Shown piece by piece: positions 20,504 to 29,447 of a stretch of 64,000 nt of DNA. The position numbers and the translations under genes are program-made. The first letter of the stretch is position 1; every line of letters begins with the position of its first letter. Where the stretch lies: the IMG/VR virus record IMGVR_UViG_3300049847_000435, positions 22,103-86,102 of that record. One strand, written 5' to 3'. The stretch is from a virus. Under the pieces are notes generated by a model. It made no database searches, was not told the origin of the DNA, and worked only from the letters and a program-made list of their open reading frames with translations.

Positions 20504-20704
20504 TTAATTCAAATCTTCTACTGCATGACCGTAGAAATCACCGTCTTCCATGTAGATTGTTACGGTTTTTTCTTTTTCCGTGAACTCTTTCAAATTCACG
20601 TAAGCCTCCGCCCACTCCTTCGCCTCATCGAGAGTGGCAAATCCGCTCTCGATTGTGCCACCATCACTACCATCAATGGCGTAGTATTTGATTTTATATG
20701 TCAC
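20504..20704 (-). CDS. hypothetical protein
   Basis: GGAG RBS; FATLDEAKEWAE. Confidence 0.5.
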   Translation of the reverse strand: MTYKIKYYAIDGSDGGTIESGFATLDEAKEWAEAYVNLKEFTEKEKTVTIYMEDGDFYGHAVEDLN

Positions 20705-21479
20705 GGTTTCCGTGCTCTCCGAACTCCCAGACCCGGCACGGCGCTACGAGATTCTGCGGCGGGCAATCAAGCCAAAGCCGGAACCTAAAATCACGCCACG
20801 ACGCGTCACCCTGCGTCCAGAGTCGCCACAAACCGAGACGGTTGCTGCCATCAATTTAGACGGCACGCTTCTCACTGCAAAATTGACAGAGAAGCTGGAC
20901 GACTTTCGTCAGGTCGTAAAATTTCAGTGCCACATGGATTTTGACTGGGATGGTCGCCAGTGGTTTCGGCGACTCAGTAAATTCTCTGGCAACCCCATTC
21001 ACCGAGTAACCGAACTTTGCCATCGACTTCTTTCCGAAAATTTTGTCATCGAAGTCGATGCCGATTGGGTAGATGCGATCCATGCCGCTGACTACCTGCC
21101 GGAGCGGACAAAGTGGGTGAAGCGCGTAGTAGACGACGGGCAGTACAACGACTGGTTTTCTGTCGTCTGGGGCAAATATGACGACTACTACGAGGTCGCC
21201 AAGCGCATTCGTGGCAGTCGCTATCACGAGCATCAAATCGTGGTGCCATCCGTGCAGTTTGAAGCCGTCATGGATTTTGCTACCAACTATGATTTTTCGC
21301 TCTCCGATGGAGCCCACGAATTGATCGCCATTGCCAAAGCTAAACGCGACGCTGCGATCCTGACCACGGTCGAAAGGCCAAAGCCTCGCAAGCGCGTAGT
21401 CGCCCAGGATGTGCGCCCGAAGCTCGAATCCATAGCGGAAGGAGGAGTCGCCGATGAATTTGCGGACGACATTACTTAA
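20688..21479 (+). CDS. hypothetical protein, possibly 5'-truncated
   Basis: Long ORF coupled to the helicase; no clear start or RBS, overlaps the divergent gene head. Confidence 0.55.
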   Translation: MILYVTVSVLSELPDPARRYEILRRAIKPKPEPKITPRRVTLRPESPQTETVAAINLDGTLLTAKLTEKLDDFRQVVKFQCHMDFDWDGRQWFRRLSKFSGNPIHRVTELCHRLLSENFVIEVDADWVDAIHAADYLPERTKWVKRVVDDGQYNDWFSVVWGKYDDYYEVAKRIRGSRYHEHQIVVPSVQFEAVMDFATNYDFSLSDGAHELIAIAKAKRDAAILTTVERPKPRKRVVAQDVRPKLESIAEGGVADEFADDIT

Positions 21480-22878
21480 ACACCAGGAGCCAGCCATAGC
21501 AAAGCTCATTCGCTCGCGCATCGGCGCGCTCTTTATGGAGCAAGGCACCGGCAAGACGCGTACAGCGATTGAAATGGCACACATCCGGCAGGCAAAGATC
21601 GACTGCGTGGTCTGGTTTTGCCCGGTCTCCTGCAAAGAGACCATTGCCCACGAGATCATCAAGCACACCGACGCCAGCGAGCCAGACATCCACGTTTTCA
21701 ACGACAAGACCCGGCAGGGACATACCCCCAAAGCCTTTTGGTATGTCGTCGGTATTGAATCGGTGTCATCCAGCAACCGCGTCGTGCTGGCCGTCAACGA
21801 CCTCATCACCGAAAATACCTATGTAATCCTGGACGAGTCCACCTACATCAAAAATCATCGCAGTCGCCGCACTAAACGCATTACGCTCATGGCAGAGCGC
21901 TGCCGTTACCGAACGCTGCTTACCGGCACGCCCATCACAGAGGGTGTGGTCGATCTCTTTGCCCAGATGAAGTTTTTGTCGCCCAAAATCCTGGGCTACA
22001 ACAGTTTTTACAGCTTTGCTCGCAACCATCTGGAGTATCACCCAGACAGGAAAGGGTTGATTGTGCGTAGCCACAACACTGCCTACATTGCTAGCAAAAT
22101 CCACCCCTACACCTACCAGGTGACGAAGAGGGAATGCCTCGATCTACCCAGCAAGCTTTACGACGCTCGCTACTTCAGCATGAGCGACCAGCAGCGTTGG
22201 GCATACGAAGAGGCGAAAGAGGAGATACTGTCGGAGTTGTATGATGCGAAGTTTCCTGAGTACGTGATCTTTCGCCTCTTCACGGTGCTGCAGCAGATTA
22301 CCTGCGGATTTTGGAATCGCCGCCAGGAGGACGGCACCTATCGCCTGCACACCTATCCTCACATACGGCTAGACATGCTCGCAGACACCATCGCCAGCGC
22401 GCCGAAAGGTGAAAAATATATCATCTGGACGAAGTACCGATACGACATCGACCAGATCGGCACGCTACTGGGGCAGGAATACGGACCCGGCAGCGCAGCG
22501 TTTTTCTATGGCGACCTGAGCGAGAAAGCTCGCAACGAAGAATTGGTGAAGTTTCGCCAGAAAGACGGGGCGCGTTTCCTCGTCGCCACCACCCAGTGTG
22601 GCGGGCATGGCTTGACGCTCAACGAGGCGCATCGCGTCATCTTCTACAGCAACGAATTTAAATACGCCAACCGCGTGCAGGCAGAGGATCGCAATCACCG
22701 CATCGGGCAGGGCGAGTCCGTGCTCTATACTGACCTCATCTGCCGCAAGAGCATCGACGAGCGCATCGAGCAAGCCATCGCCAAAAAAGAAAGCGCCGTT
22801 CACGCCTTCAAACGTGAAGTTGACCGGGTGAAGGACAAAAGCAAAAAAGAAGTGGCGGAATTAATCAAATCTCTTTGA
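21454..22878 (+). CDS. SNF2-family (SF2) helicase
   Basis: MEQGTGKT, ILDES, LLTGTP, GGHGLTL, QAEDRNHRIGQ. Confidence 0.92.
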   Translation: MNLRTTLLKHQEPAIAKLIRSRIGALFMEQGTGKTRTAIEMAHIRQAKIDCVVWFCPVSCKETIAHEIIKHTDASEPDIHVFNDKTRQGHTPKAFWYVVGIESVSSSNRVVLAVNDLITENTYVILDESTYIKNHRSRRTKRITLMAERCRYRTLLTGTPITEGVVDLFAQMKFLSPKILGYNSFYSFARNHLEYHPDRKGLIVRSHNTAYIASKIHPYTYQVTKRECLDLPSKLYDARYFSMSDQQRWAYEEAKEEILSELYDAKFPEYVIFRLFTVLQQITCGFWNRRQEDGTYRLHTYPHIRLDMLADTIASAPKGEKYIIWTKYRYDIDQIGTLLGQEYGPGSAAFFYGDLSEKARNEELVKFRQKDGARFLVATTQCGGHGLTLNEAHRVIFYSNEFKYANRVQAEDRNHRIGQGESVLYTDLICRKSIDERIEQAIAKKESAVHAFKREVDRVKDKSKKEVAELIKSL

Positions 22879-22887
22879 AATTGGCAC

Positions 22888-22916
22888 TTGACATCTGAAC
22901 TGAATGAGTGTATTAT
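22888..22916 (+). promoter_or_regulatory. sigma70-type promoter
   Basis: TTGACA-N17-TATTAT with TG extension. Confidence 0.65.
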
Positions 22917-22953
22917 TATATCATAATATATTAATTCACTCGTTGAGTACCCA

Positions 22954-23328
22954 ATGGAGATCATCATGAAGGAAGAAAAAGAATTCCCGCACTGCCCATT
23001 GTGCGACAGTGAAATGTCTCCGTCCGTTATGGATGGTTCCTGGTTCTGTTATGGTCCGTCCATGAGTGGACGGTGCCCAAAACTCCCGGAGTTGGAGGTT
23101 GCGTTCAAGAAAAACGCAACCGAAGAGACGAAACAGAATGGATTTTACATCAACCCATTCCAGTGGCAAGCCGTCGCCACAACAGAAACAGTTATCTTGA
23201 CTACTACTCGAAGTGGTAGTCAAACAAACATAAAACTCGAACGGAAGGATAGGGGCGATCTTTCGTCAAAGCATGCAATCGAACAAATTCCTCTTCTTGT
23301 TCTTGAGTATTGGACTGAGCAAAAATGA
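22954..23328 (+). CDS. hypothetical Zn-ribbon protein
   Basis: CPLC...WFC...CP. Confidence 0.55.
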   Translation: MEIIMKEEKEFPHCPLCDSEMSPSVMDGSWFCYGPSMSGRCPKLPELEVAFKKNATEETKQNGFYINPFQWQAVATTETVILTTTRSGSQTNIKLERKDRGDLSSKHAIEQIPLLVLEYWTEQK

Positions 23329-23816
23329 TCATCACATTCGGGAAATACAACGGAACGGACACGGGCGCGTTAGCGAAATTCTCCGAAGGTCGAGAGTATC
23401 TTGTCTGGGGAAGCGAAAAGCTGAAATCCGAGAAGTGGCGGAGGGAATTCGAGCAAGCATTATCATCCGTCTCTCTTTCCTCAGTTTCGCTGGAAGAGCA
23501 AGCGAAGCTGACCGTCCAGTTCGATAAGGACGGAGATGCCGACTACGATGACATTCTCCGTTTCCTTCGCGACGAAAAGGCGGACAACGAAGAATTCGCC
23601 GAGAAGGAAAAAGCCACCGAAGAGAAAAGGCTGGAAATCTTTAAAGAATGGGAAAAAGAATCGGGGAAACCAATCAGTCAACTCCGCTCTCTTTTCAAGA
23701 GATTCGAGTGGCACGGGCGGGAGGATTTGGAGAGCATCCCGTTGTCCAACTTTTCGTCAGCGCAGGCAAAAGAACAACTTATCAACTATATCTGCCGACT
23801 ACAGCAGGAGTTATGA
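23325..23816 (+). CDS. hypothetical protein (TFGKY motif)
   Basis: MIITFGKYNG N-terminal motif; coupled. Confidence 0.6.
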   Translation: MIITFGKYNGTDTGALAKFSEGREYLVWGSEKLKSEKWRREFEQALSSVSLSSVSLEEQAKLTVQFDKDGDADYDDILRFLRDEKADNEEFAEKEKATEEKRLEIFKEWEKESGKPISQLRSLFKRFEWHGREDLESIPLSNFSSAQAKEQLINYICRLQQEL

Positions 23817-24685
23817 TTTACATCGGCTATCAAGACGAAGATAAAAAGAATATCATTGCCGACTATCGAGCGGAGCACGAGATCACCAAGCTAGTCGTGC
23901 TATACCCGGCAGACTTTCCGTTACCAATCGCCGACGCCGACGCTATTGAGTACGCAGAAATCATCATGTATCGCACATTCTATCGGCTACTCCAGGAGAT
24001 CGGACCAGCCACACTGATCGTGATCAATGAGTGCCTGCGCACTCAGAACCGTTACGATCTGACTTACAACTGCATCCGCAATTTTTTAAATCAGACCAAG
24101 CATCAGATTGTTTTCCAGCACCTTCCCCAGATCGACACAGCCGAAGATTTTATGATTCTGTTCGATTTCGACACTGGCAGCCAGTGGAAGCGGGAGCAAT
24201 TCAACGCTGAATTGGTACGCTCAAATGCAATAGTGCAAGTCAATCGGCTGCCCGTTCAATTCAACCCAATCGACGTGGCGACTGACGAAAAGACCAAGCG
24301 TCTGTATGATGCCGAGAAGGAAAAATTATTCGCCAATATCGGCACCAGTGACCCGCACACGCTGCCGCGCAACCTTTATCTTGTTGGTGGCAAAGCGAAA
24401 GCGGCGCACGTCGATCCTTTCAAGCATTACGTCGCACGCAACCAGCGGCTAAAACCCGGAAACGTCGCCACCTACGAAAACGCCAACGAGATCGATGCTC
24501 CCTACGCAATTATTGAACTGCCGCACCGCTTTATTGAATTTAGTGATTTTATCAAGCGTACCAACCAGTCCAAATTGGATGTGATGGTTGCCGACTTAAA
24601 AGTTGATGCCTGGTACATGGAACGCTACCAGGCATGGAGGGATAGACTCAATGCGACCTACGCAAGTCTACAGTCGAACCTGTAA
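23813..24685 (+). CDS. hypothetical protein, degenerate SF2-like
   Basis: LIVINECLR...YNCIR; coupled to the PAPS-reductase gene. Confidence 0.65.
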   Translation: MIYIGYQDEDKKNIIADYRAEHEITKLVVLYPADFPLPIADADAIEYAEIIMYRTFYRLLQEIGPATLIVINECLRTQNRYDLTYNCIRNFLNQTKHQIVFQHLPQIDTAEDFMILFDFDTGSQWKREQFNAELVRSNAIVQVNRLPVQFNPIDVATDEKTKRLYDAEKEKLFANIGTSDPHTLPRNLYLVGGKAKAAHVDPFKHYVARNQRLKPGNVATYENANEIDAPYAIIELPHRFIEFSDFIKRTNQSKLDVMVADLKVDAWYMERYQAWRDRLNATYASLQSNL

Positions 24686-25787
24686 CGTACTAGATGCAGC
24701 CAAAGAGCGCGTCAACTTCATCTTCGACAACTTTGAGGACATCAAGGTGTCAATCAGCGGCGGCAAAGATAGCACGGTGCTTGCCCATCTCATGCTAATG
24801 GAGGCAAAGCGCCGCAACCGCAAGATCGGCATTTTCTTCCTTGACGAAGAGGTTGTCTATCAATCCACCATCGACCAAGTGACATGGATGATTGAAGATA
24901 TCGCCCCAGACAATGTCGTTCCGTTGTGGTTACAGATCGAGTTCGACTTAACAAACTCAACCAGCTTCGAGGAAAACCATCTAACCGCATGGGAAGCAGG
25001 CAAACACGATCTATGGATGCGCCCCAAGAAATCCTACGCTATTAAATTTGCGCCGTGGGATCGGGAAAAGCAGATCATCCACGACAAAAACATCGGGCTA
25101 AACTATTATGCCGTGATCGACAATTTCGAGAACTGTTATAGTAATGCCGCCTTTATTGTTGGCTTGCGCGGCACGGAACATCCGAACCGATGGCGTGCCG
25201 TATCGAAAAATCCAGTGGAAATCAATGGCAATGCAGTCTACTGGGGTAGCCCAAAGCGGAATGACTGCTTTTCGCTCTACCCAATCTTTGACTGGAACAT
25301 CCACGACGTATGGAAGTACATCTACGAACAGAAATTACGCTACTCGAAGATATACGACTATATGTTCAAGAAGGGGATGCCGATCAACGAGATGCGCACG
25401 TCGTCGCTAATTCACGAGAAGTCATTCAAGTCGATTTGCGAGTTACCTGAATTTGAGCCAAAGACCTACAATCGGCTGGTAAAGCGCATCAAAGGCATCC
25501 AGTTTGCCCAAGAGACCGGGAAGTCAGCGAAGATGTTTAAGGCGCGCCAGTTGCCGAAAAACTTCAAGTCTTGGCGAACTTACCGAGACTTCCTGATTGA
25601 GACCTATCCCGACCCAGTCAATAAGCATGTGTTCGTCGAACGGTTCGCTCGACACCTCGACAACGAGTGGGTGGCGCGGCAGCAGTGCCGCCAGCTAGTA
25701 TTAAACGACATCGGAAACTTCGTGCCGGTGGAGAGTAAACCTGACCCACGCGAAGAGCTAATTGCGTACTACAGGAGCGTTCTATAA
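24651..25787 (+). CDS. PAPS-reductase-family protein (IbrA/DUF3440-like)
   Basis: SISGGKDS PP-loop, VGLRGTE, YPIFDWNIHDVW, MRTSSLIHE. Confidence 0.88.
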   Translation: MRPTQVYSRTCNVLDAAKERVNFIFDNFEDIKVSISGGKDSTVLAHLMLMEAKRRNRKIGIFFLDEEVVYQSTIDQVTWMIEDIAPDNVVPLWLQIEFDLTNSTSFEENHLTAWEAGKHDLWMRPKKSYAIKFAPWDREKQIIHDKNIGLNYYAVIDNFENCYSNAAFIVGLRGTEHPNRWRAVSKNPVEINGNAVYWGSPKRNDCFSLYPIFDWNIHDVWKYIYEQKLRYSKIYDYMFKKGMPINEMRTSSLIHEKSFKSICELPEFEPKTYNRLVKRIKGIQFAQETGKSAKMFKARQLPKNFKSWRTYRDFLIETYPDPVNKHVFVERFARHLDNEWVARQQCRQLVLNDIGNFVPVESKPDPREELIAYYRSVL

Positions 25788-26380
25788 TGCTAATCGAATC
25801 TATAGAGCAGTACATCGCTTTGCGCCACCATCTGGAGCCAGTGGTAGTGCAGGGAAAGAATCACAAGATAGCGATTCCATGCGCCAATACACTAGTTGTC
25901 AAGCGGGCGTTGGTGCTCGCCAATACGTACAACCCAAACAGCGTACCAGACGATAAGATGGAGCTACTAAGCCAGTCCATCATTGATAATGGCTTCGCCT
26001 TCCCGGTCGTTACCATCTACGACCCAGACCAGCAGGCATTTGTTATCATCGATGGATTTCACCGCTTCATGATTGCGGGGTACGACTATCTTGGGCTATC
26101 CCACATCCCGATTGTCGTACTAGAACATAACGCATCAAAGCGGATGGTAGCCACCATCCAGTTCAATAAGGCGAGAGGGGTACATCAGGTCGATTTAGAC
26201 GCTGATGTTATCCGGGGTCTAATCAACCAGGGCATGAGCGAAGATGACATCTCGATCCATCTTGGATTGGACATTGAGACCATTCACCGCTACAAGCAAC
26301 TCACCGGCATCGCTGATCTCTTCAAGAATGCGCAATATTCAATGAGTTGGTCAATCGTGGAGGTGGAAGATGCAGCCTAA
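25787..26380 (+). CDS. ParB/Srx-domain protein (IbrB-like)
   Basis: NTYNPN, IIDGFHR, TIQFNKARG, C-terminal HTH. Confidence 0.88.
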   Translation: MLIESIEQYIALRHHLEPVVVQGKNHKIAIPCANTLVVKRALVLANTYNPNSVPDDKMELLSQSIIDNGFAFPVVTIYDPDQQAFVIIDGFHRFMIAGYDYLGLSHIPIVVLEHNASKRMVATIQFNKARGVHQVDLDADVIRGLINQGMSEDDISIHLGLDIETIHRYKQLTGIADLFKNAQYSMSWSIVEVEDAA

Positions 26381-27023
26381 ATGGCCCTACGGTGACGCCT
26401 GGGAGCAGTTCCCCATCGAGTTGGGTGAAGTGTGGGGCATTTCCGCAAATGAAAGCCGGGTGGCAGTACACGACCTATTCGAGCCGCTACCGGAATTCAT
26501 GAAGTGCGCCGACATGCTCTTTGTCGATCCTCCCTGGAATCAGGGAAACGTCAACACCTTCTACACCAAGGCGGGTCGAACCGACTACATCAACAATTTT
26601 ACTGACTTTGAAAAGGCATTCTTTCGACGCGTAAAAGACATCAATCCAGTTACATGCTACATCGAAATTGGTTTTCAGGCAGTAGACAAATGGCAGGCGC
26701 TGCTTTCGGAGACGTACCCAGTTGTGCAAAAGTGGGACGTTGTTTACTACCGGAAGCACCCATGTCACATTCTGCGCGGCAGCCGCAGCGCTCCGCTTGA
26801 TTTTGACTATACCGGCATGGACGAGTCGAAGGTGATCGCCAAGGCAGGAGAAATCGAGCAGTATAGCGTACTGGGTGACATTTGTATGGGGCGCGGGCTG
26901 GTCGGTATGGCGGCATTTTCGGCAGGAAAGCCATTCGTTGGCACCGAACTCAACAAGCGGAGATTGGCTTGCCTATTACAGAAACTCCACAAGAAGGGTG
27001 CCGAGGTAAAAAAGTATGAGTGA
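26370..27023 (+). CDS. putative methyltransferase
   Basis: FVDPPW, DICMGRG, GTELN. Confidence 0.75.
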   Translation: MQPKWPYGDAWEQFPIELGEVWGISANESRVAVHDLFEPLPEFMKCADMLFVDPPWNQGNVNTFYTKAGRTDYINNFTDFEKAFFRRVKDINPVTCYIEIGFQAVDKWQALLSETYPVVQKWDVVYYRKHPCHILRGSRSAPLDFDYTGMDESKVIAKAGEIEQYSVLGDICMGRGLVGMAAFSAGKPFVGTELNKRRLACLLQKLHKKGAEVKKYE

Positions 27024-27261
27024 GAAATTAACCCCGGCGCAAGCCGCCGCAGCTTGCGCTACTATCAACGAATTCATCGCCGGGGAGGTGGACGTAAAAG
27101 CCGTGCCCGGCGATGACGGTTCCATTGCTTGGGTGCGTGTCTATCCGCAGGGAGAGTATCCATTCGCTCGCAATGAGGCGCTACAGCGTCTAGTGCAAGC
27201 CCAATACAATCCGCAAAAACTCTTGGAATTCGCCATCACCAAAGCAAAGGAAAGTAAATGA
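27016..27261 (+). CDS. hypothetical protein
   Basis: Coupled ORF. Confidence 0.55.
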   Translation: MSEKLTPAQAAAACATINEFIAGEVDVKAVPGDDGSIAWVRVYPQGEYPFARNEALQRLVQAQYNPQKLLEFAITKAKESK

Positions 27262-27722
27262 ATAGCTACATCTCGACGCGCAAGGCGCGTCAAATCGTCG
27301 AGGAATTCGGCATCACTGGAAATATCCCCGACGTACTGTCGAAGGCCGCCACGCGCAAAGATGTCGTTGCCCGGTATGACCCCGAAGAGCGCGATAAGTG
27401 GCAATTCAATCGAAACAGCCTTGTTCTATGGCTACTGGATGACGCTGCCCACAAGCGCGGCGTACGCGCCAAAAGCGAGAAGTCGACCATCTATGAGGTG
27501 CTACAACAAGACATTGCCGATGGCAACCCATCCATTGGCGAGATCGGCTTTACGATGGATGGCGACCAGCGCGCCGGCTTTGTACGGTTTATTGGGGTTG
27601 ATGAGCCACCGGAGGGCACAATCGTCCCGTTGGCTAACCTTGGCATCAACCCAGAAATCGGCTATTTCGACAAGCGAGAATTTACGGACGTGAAGTCAAT
27701 TTGCGAGGATGGTCATGAATAA
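27258..27722 (+). CDS. hypothetical protein (HTH-like N-terminus)
   Basis: YISTRKAR...KWQF. Confidence 0.55.
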   Translation: MNSYISTRKARQIVEEFGITGNIPDVLSKAATRKDVVARYDPEERDKWQFNRNSLVLWLLDDAAHKRGVRAKSEKSTIYEVLQQDIADGNPSIGEIGFTMDGDQRAGFVRFIGVDEPPEGTIVPLANLGINPEIGYFDKREFTDVKSICEDGHE

Positions 27723-28212
27723 ACTACCACCCCATACCGAAGAATTACTGAAAGAGTTTCAGAGCGGGACCATGTTCCCATTCTCTGAAACTCTCAATCG
27801 TGCGGGATTCATTATTAAGAGTGAATTCCTGCCCAGGGCCTACCCAGTCGCAACATTGGTGGTGACTCCCATGTTGTCGATGCAGGAAACCGGTGCCGTC
27901 TTCTACATAAACTTGGTAATCCTCAACCAGTTCAATAAGCAGCTACTTGAAGCCGATTCATTCCTCAACATCGCGAGCGAAGGCGACGAGCGTATCCTGC
28001 GCTCGCTCACTAATCAGGACACACTCGACTTCCATTTTTACGATCAATCTGTAGAGTACAAAGGTTCCAAGCGCATTCGCTGGAATGCTAAAACCGCTGG
28101 CGACATCCGCAATATGATGCGCCAGGCGAGGGAGCACAACGCTACACTGCATACACTGGACTTTCCAGTAGCGCGCACGGCGTTGATGGAACAACTGGAA
28201 GACGGTCGATAA
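27715..28212 (+). CDS. hypothetical protein
   Basis: GAGG RBS. Confidence 0.55.
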   Translation: MNKLPPHTEELLKEFQSGTMFPFSETLNRAGFIIKSEFLPRAYPVATLVVTPMLSMQETGAVFYINLVILNQFNKQLLEADSFLNIASEGDERILRSLTNQDTLDFHFYDQSVEYKGSKRIRWNAKTAGDIRNMMRQAREHNATLHTLDFPVARTALMEQLEDGR

Positions 28213-28244
28213 ATTCCCAAACGATCTGTGTAATTGATTCAATA

Positions 28245-28282
28245 AAAAAGAGAGTGACGCAGATGATCGTCACTCTCTTTTT
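28245..28282. terminator. bidirectional terminator
   Basis: AAAAAGAGAGTGACG...CGTCACTCTCTTTTT between convergent genes. Confidence 0.75.
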
Positions 28283-28289
28283 GTTAGGC

Positions 28290-28313
28290 AAATACGAAAA
28301 CGTTTTCGTATTT
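28290..28313. repeat. dispersed palindrome copy 2
   Basis: AAATACGAAAACGTTTTCGTATTT. Confidence 0.9.
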
Positions 28314-28945
28314 CATTTCATCGATACAGCACCCATTGCATCAGGCACGCGCTCGAACTCGCCATAGTGCCACCAATTGATTACGTTGAGTTCTCCACGA
28401 TCAGCGCGTGGAGGCAAAACAATCGGCGACGCGTCGAGCAATGCCTTGTACAAGGATTGTACTATCTCGACATCTGACGTGCAATACGCTACAGCCTTCC
28501 GAAAGTCCTCATCACTGCCACTGCGCAACCATTCGGCGGCACCTTGCCCATCCGCCAACTTTGAGCGACCAAGCGTAGCTTCGCTCACCACGCCCAGTCC
28601 ATACCAGCGCCCTGTATGATTCCGAATTTCGGCAAACAGATCGAACGTCTGGATCGTTTCGTGCTCAATCTCCAGTACATTCCAGCCTGCCTTTTTAGCG
28701 TTATTGATGATGACTGGGATGTCGAAATGATTAATGTTCCATCCACAAATCTCTGCGCCGGACCAGACGAGATAGTTGTACAGATCGATAATCTGATCCT
28801 TCGTCCATACCCGCGGCGACGACTCGTTGTCGTCAATCGTGACTGCGATACCGAATTCCATCGCGGCGATTTGCTGGTCGCGTGGAAGGGACTTGATATG
28901 CTCGTCTTGGAAAAATGTTGTGGTTTCGATGTCTAAGAAAATCAT
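28313..28945 (-). CDS. RNase H-like DEDD 3'-5' exonuclease
   Basis: FLDIETT, GWNINHFDIP, YCTSDV; GGAGG RBS. Confidence 0.8.
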   Translation of the reverse strand: MIFLDIETTTFFQDEHIKSLPRDQQIAAMEFGIAVTIDDNESSPRVWTKDQIIDLYNYLVWSGAEICGWNINHFDIPVIINNAKKAGWNVLEIEHETIQTFDLFAEIRNHTGRWYGLGVVSEATLGRSKLADGQGAAEWLRSGSDEDFRKAVAYCTSDVEIVQSLYKALLDASPIVLPPRADRGELNVINWWHYGEFERVPDAMGAVSMK

Positions 28946-28968
28946 TGACTCCTCCAAAAATATAGGTT

Positions 28969-29014
28969 TACCCCCTTTCAAATGCGAAAACGTTTTCGTA
29001 TTTGAAAGGGGGTA
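28969..29014. repeat. dispersed palindrome copy 3 (46 bp, 1 mismatch)
   Basis: TACCCCCTTTCAAATGCGAAAACGTTTTCGTATTTGAAAGGGGGTA. Confidence 0.9.
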
Positions 29015-29051
29015 GGGGGGGGGAACATCAATGGGGGTCTACCCCTTAACA

Positions 29052-29153
29052 CCGTTCGGTGAGCGTTCGTTTTGCCGTTCGGTGGCGTTCGTTCGGCGTT
29101 CGCTACCGGAGAAAACACCCCCCTCTGCTCGTTACCGAACGAACGCCGAACGG
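29052..29153. repeat. cluster of CGTTCG direct and inverted repeats
   Basis: Six GTTC(G) units then three CGAAC units. Confidence 0.6.
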
Positions 29154-29163
29154 CGATCCCCAA

Positions 29164-29358
29164 CTATGTGAAATACTTATCGATCATGTCTCGCAAATGC
29201 GGGGATTGAATTTGACCAATGTACTGATTGATCTCCTCCAGAATACTCATTACATCATCAAGCAACTCGTCGTTTGATTTCTGGAGAACTTCATTTCTTT
29301 CCAGCAAATCTGAAATGCGCTCGCTTAAACCTTTCGTTTCCGAATACTGATTGTCCAT
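29164..29358 (-). CDS. coiled-coil hypothetical protein
   Basis: AAAGGA RBS. Confidence 0.55.
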   Translation of the reverse strand: MDNQYSETKGLSERISDLLERNEVLQKSNDELLDDVMSILEEINQYIGQIQSPHLRDMIDKYFT

Positions 29359-29388
29359 TACGTATCCTTTCTTTTTAGTGAATCACTC

Positions 29389-29416
29389 CCAAATACGAAA
29401 ACGTTTTCGTATTTGG
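29389..29416. repeat. dispersed palindrome copy 4
   Basis: CCAAATACGAAAACGTTTTCGTATTTGG; overlaps a second hairpin extending to 29444. Confidence 0.9.
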
Positions 29417-29447
29417 CATAGGAGTCAACTCCTATGCCAAATACATC

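Noticed and set aside
20856-21809. 317-aa minus-strand ORF
   Set aside because: Antisense to the helicase and its upstream gene; no recognisable motifs
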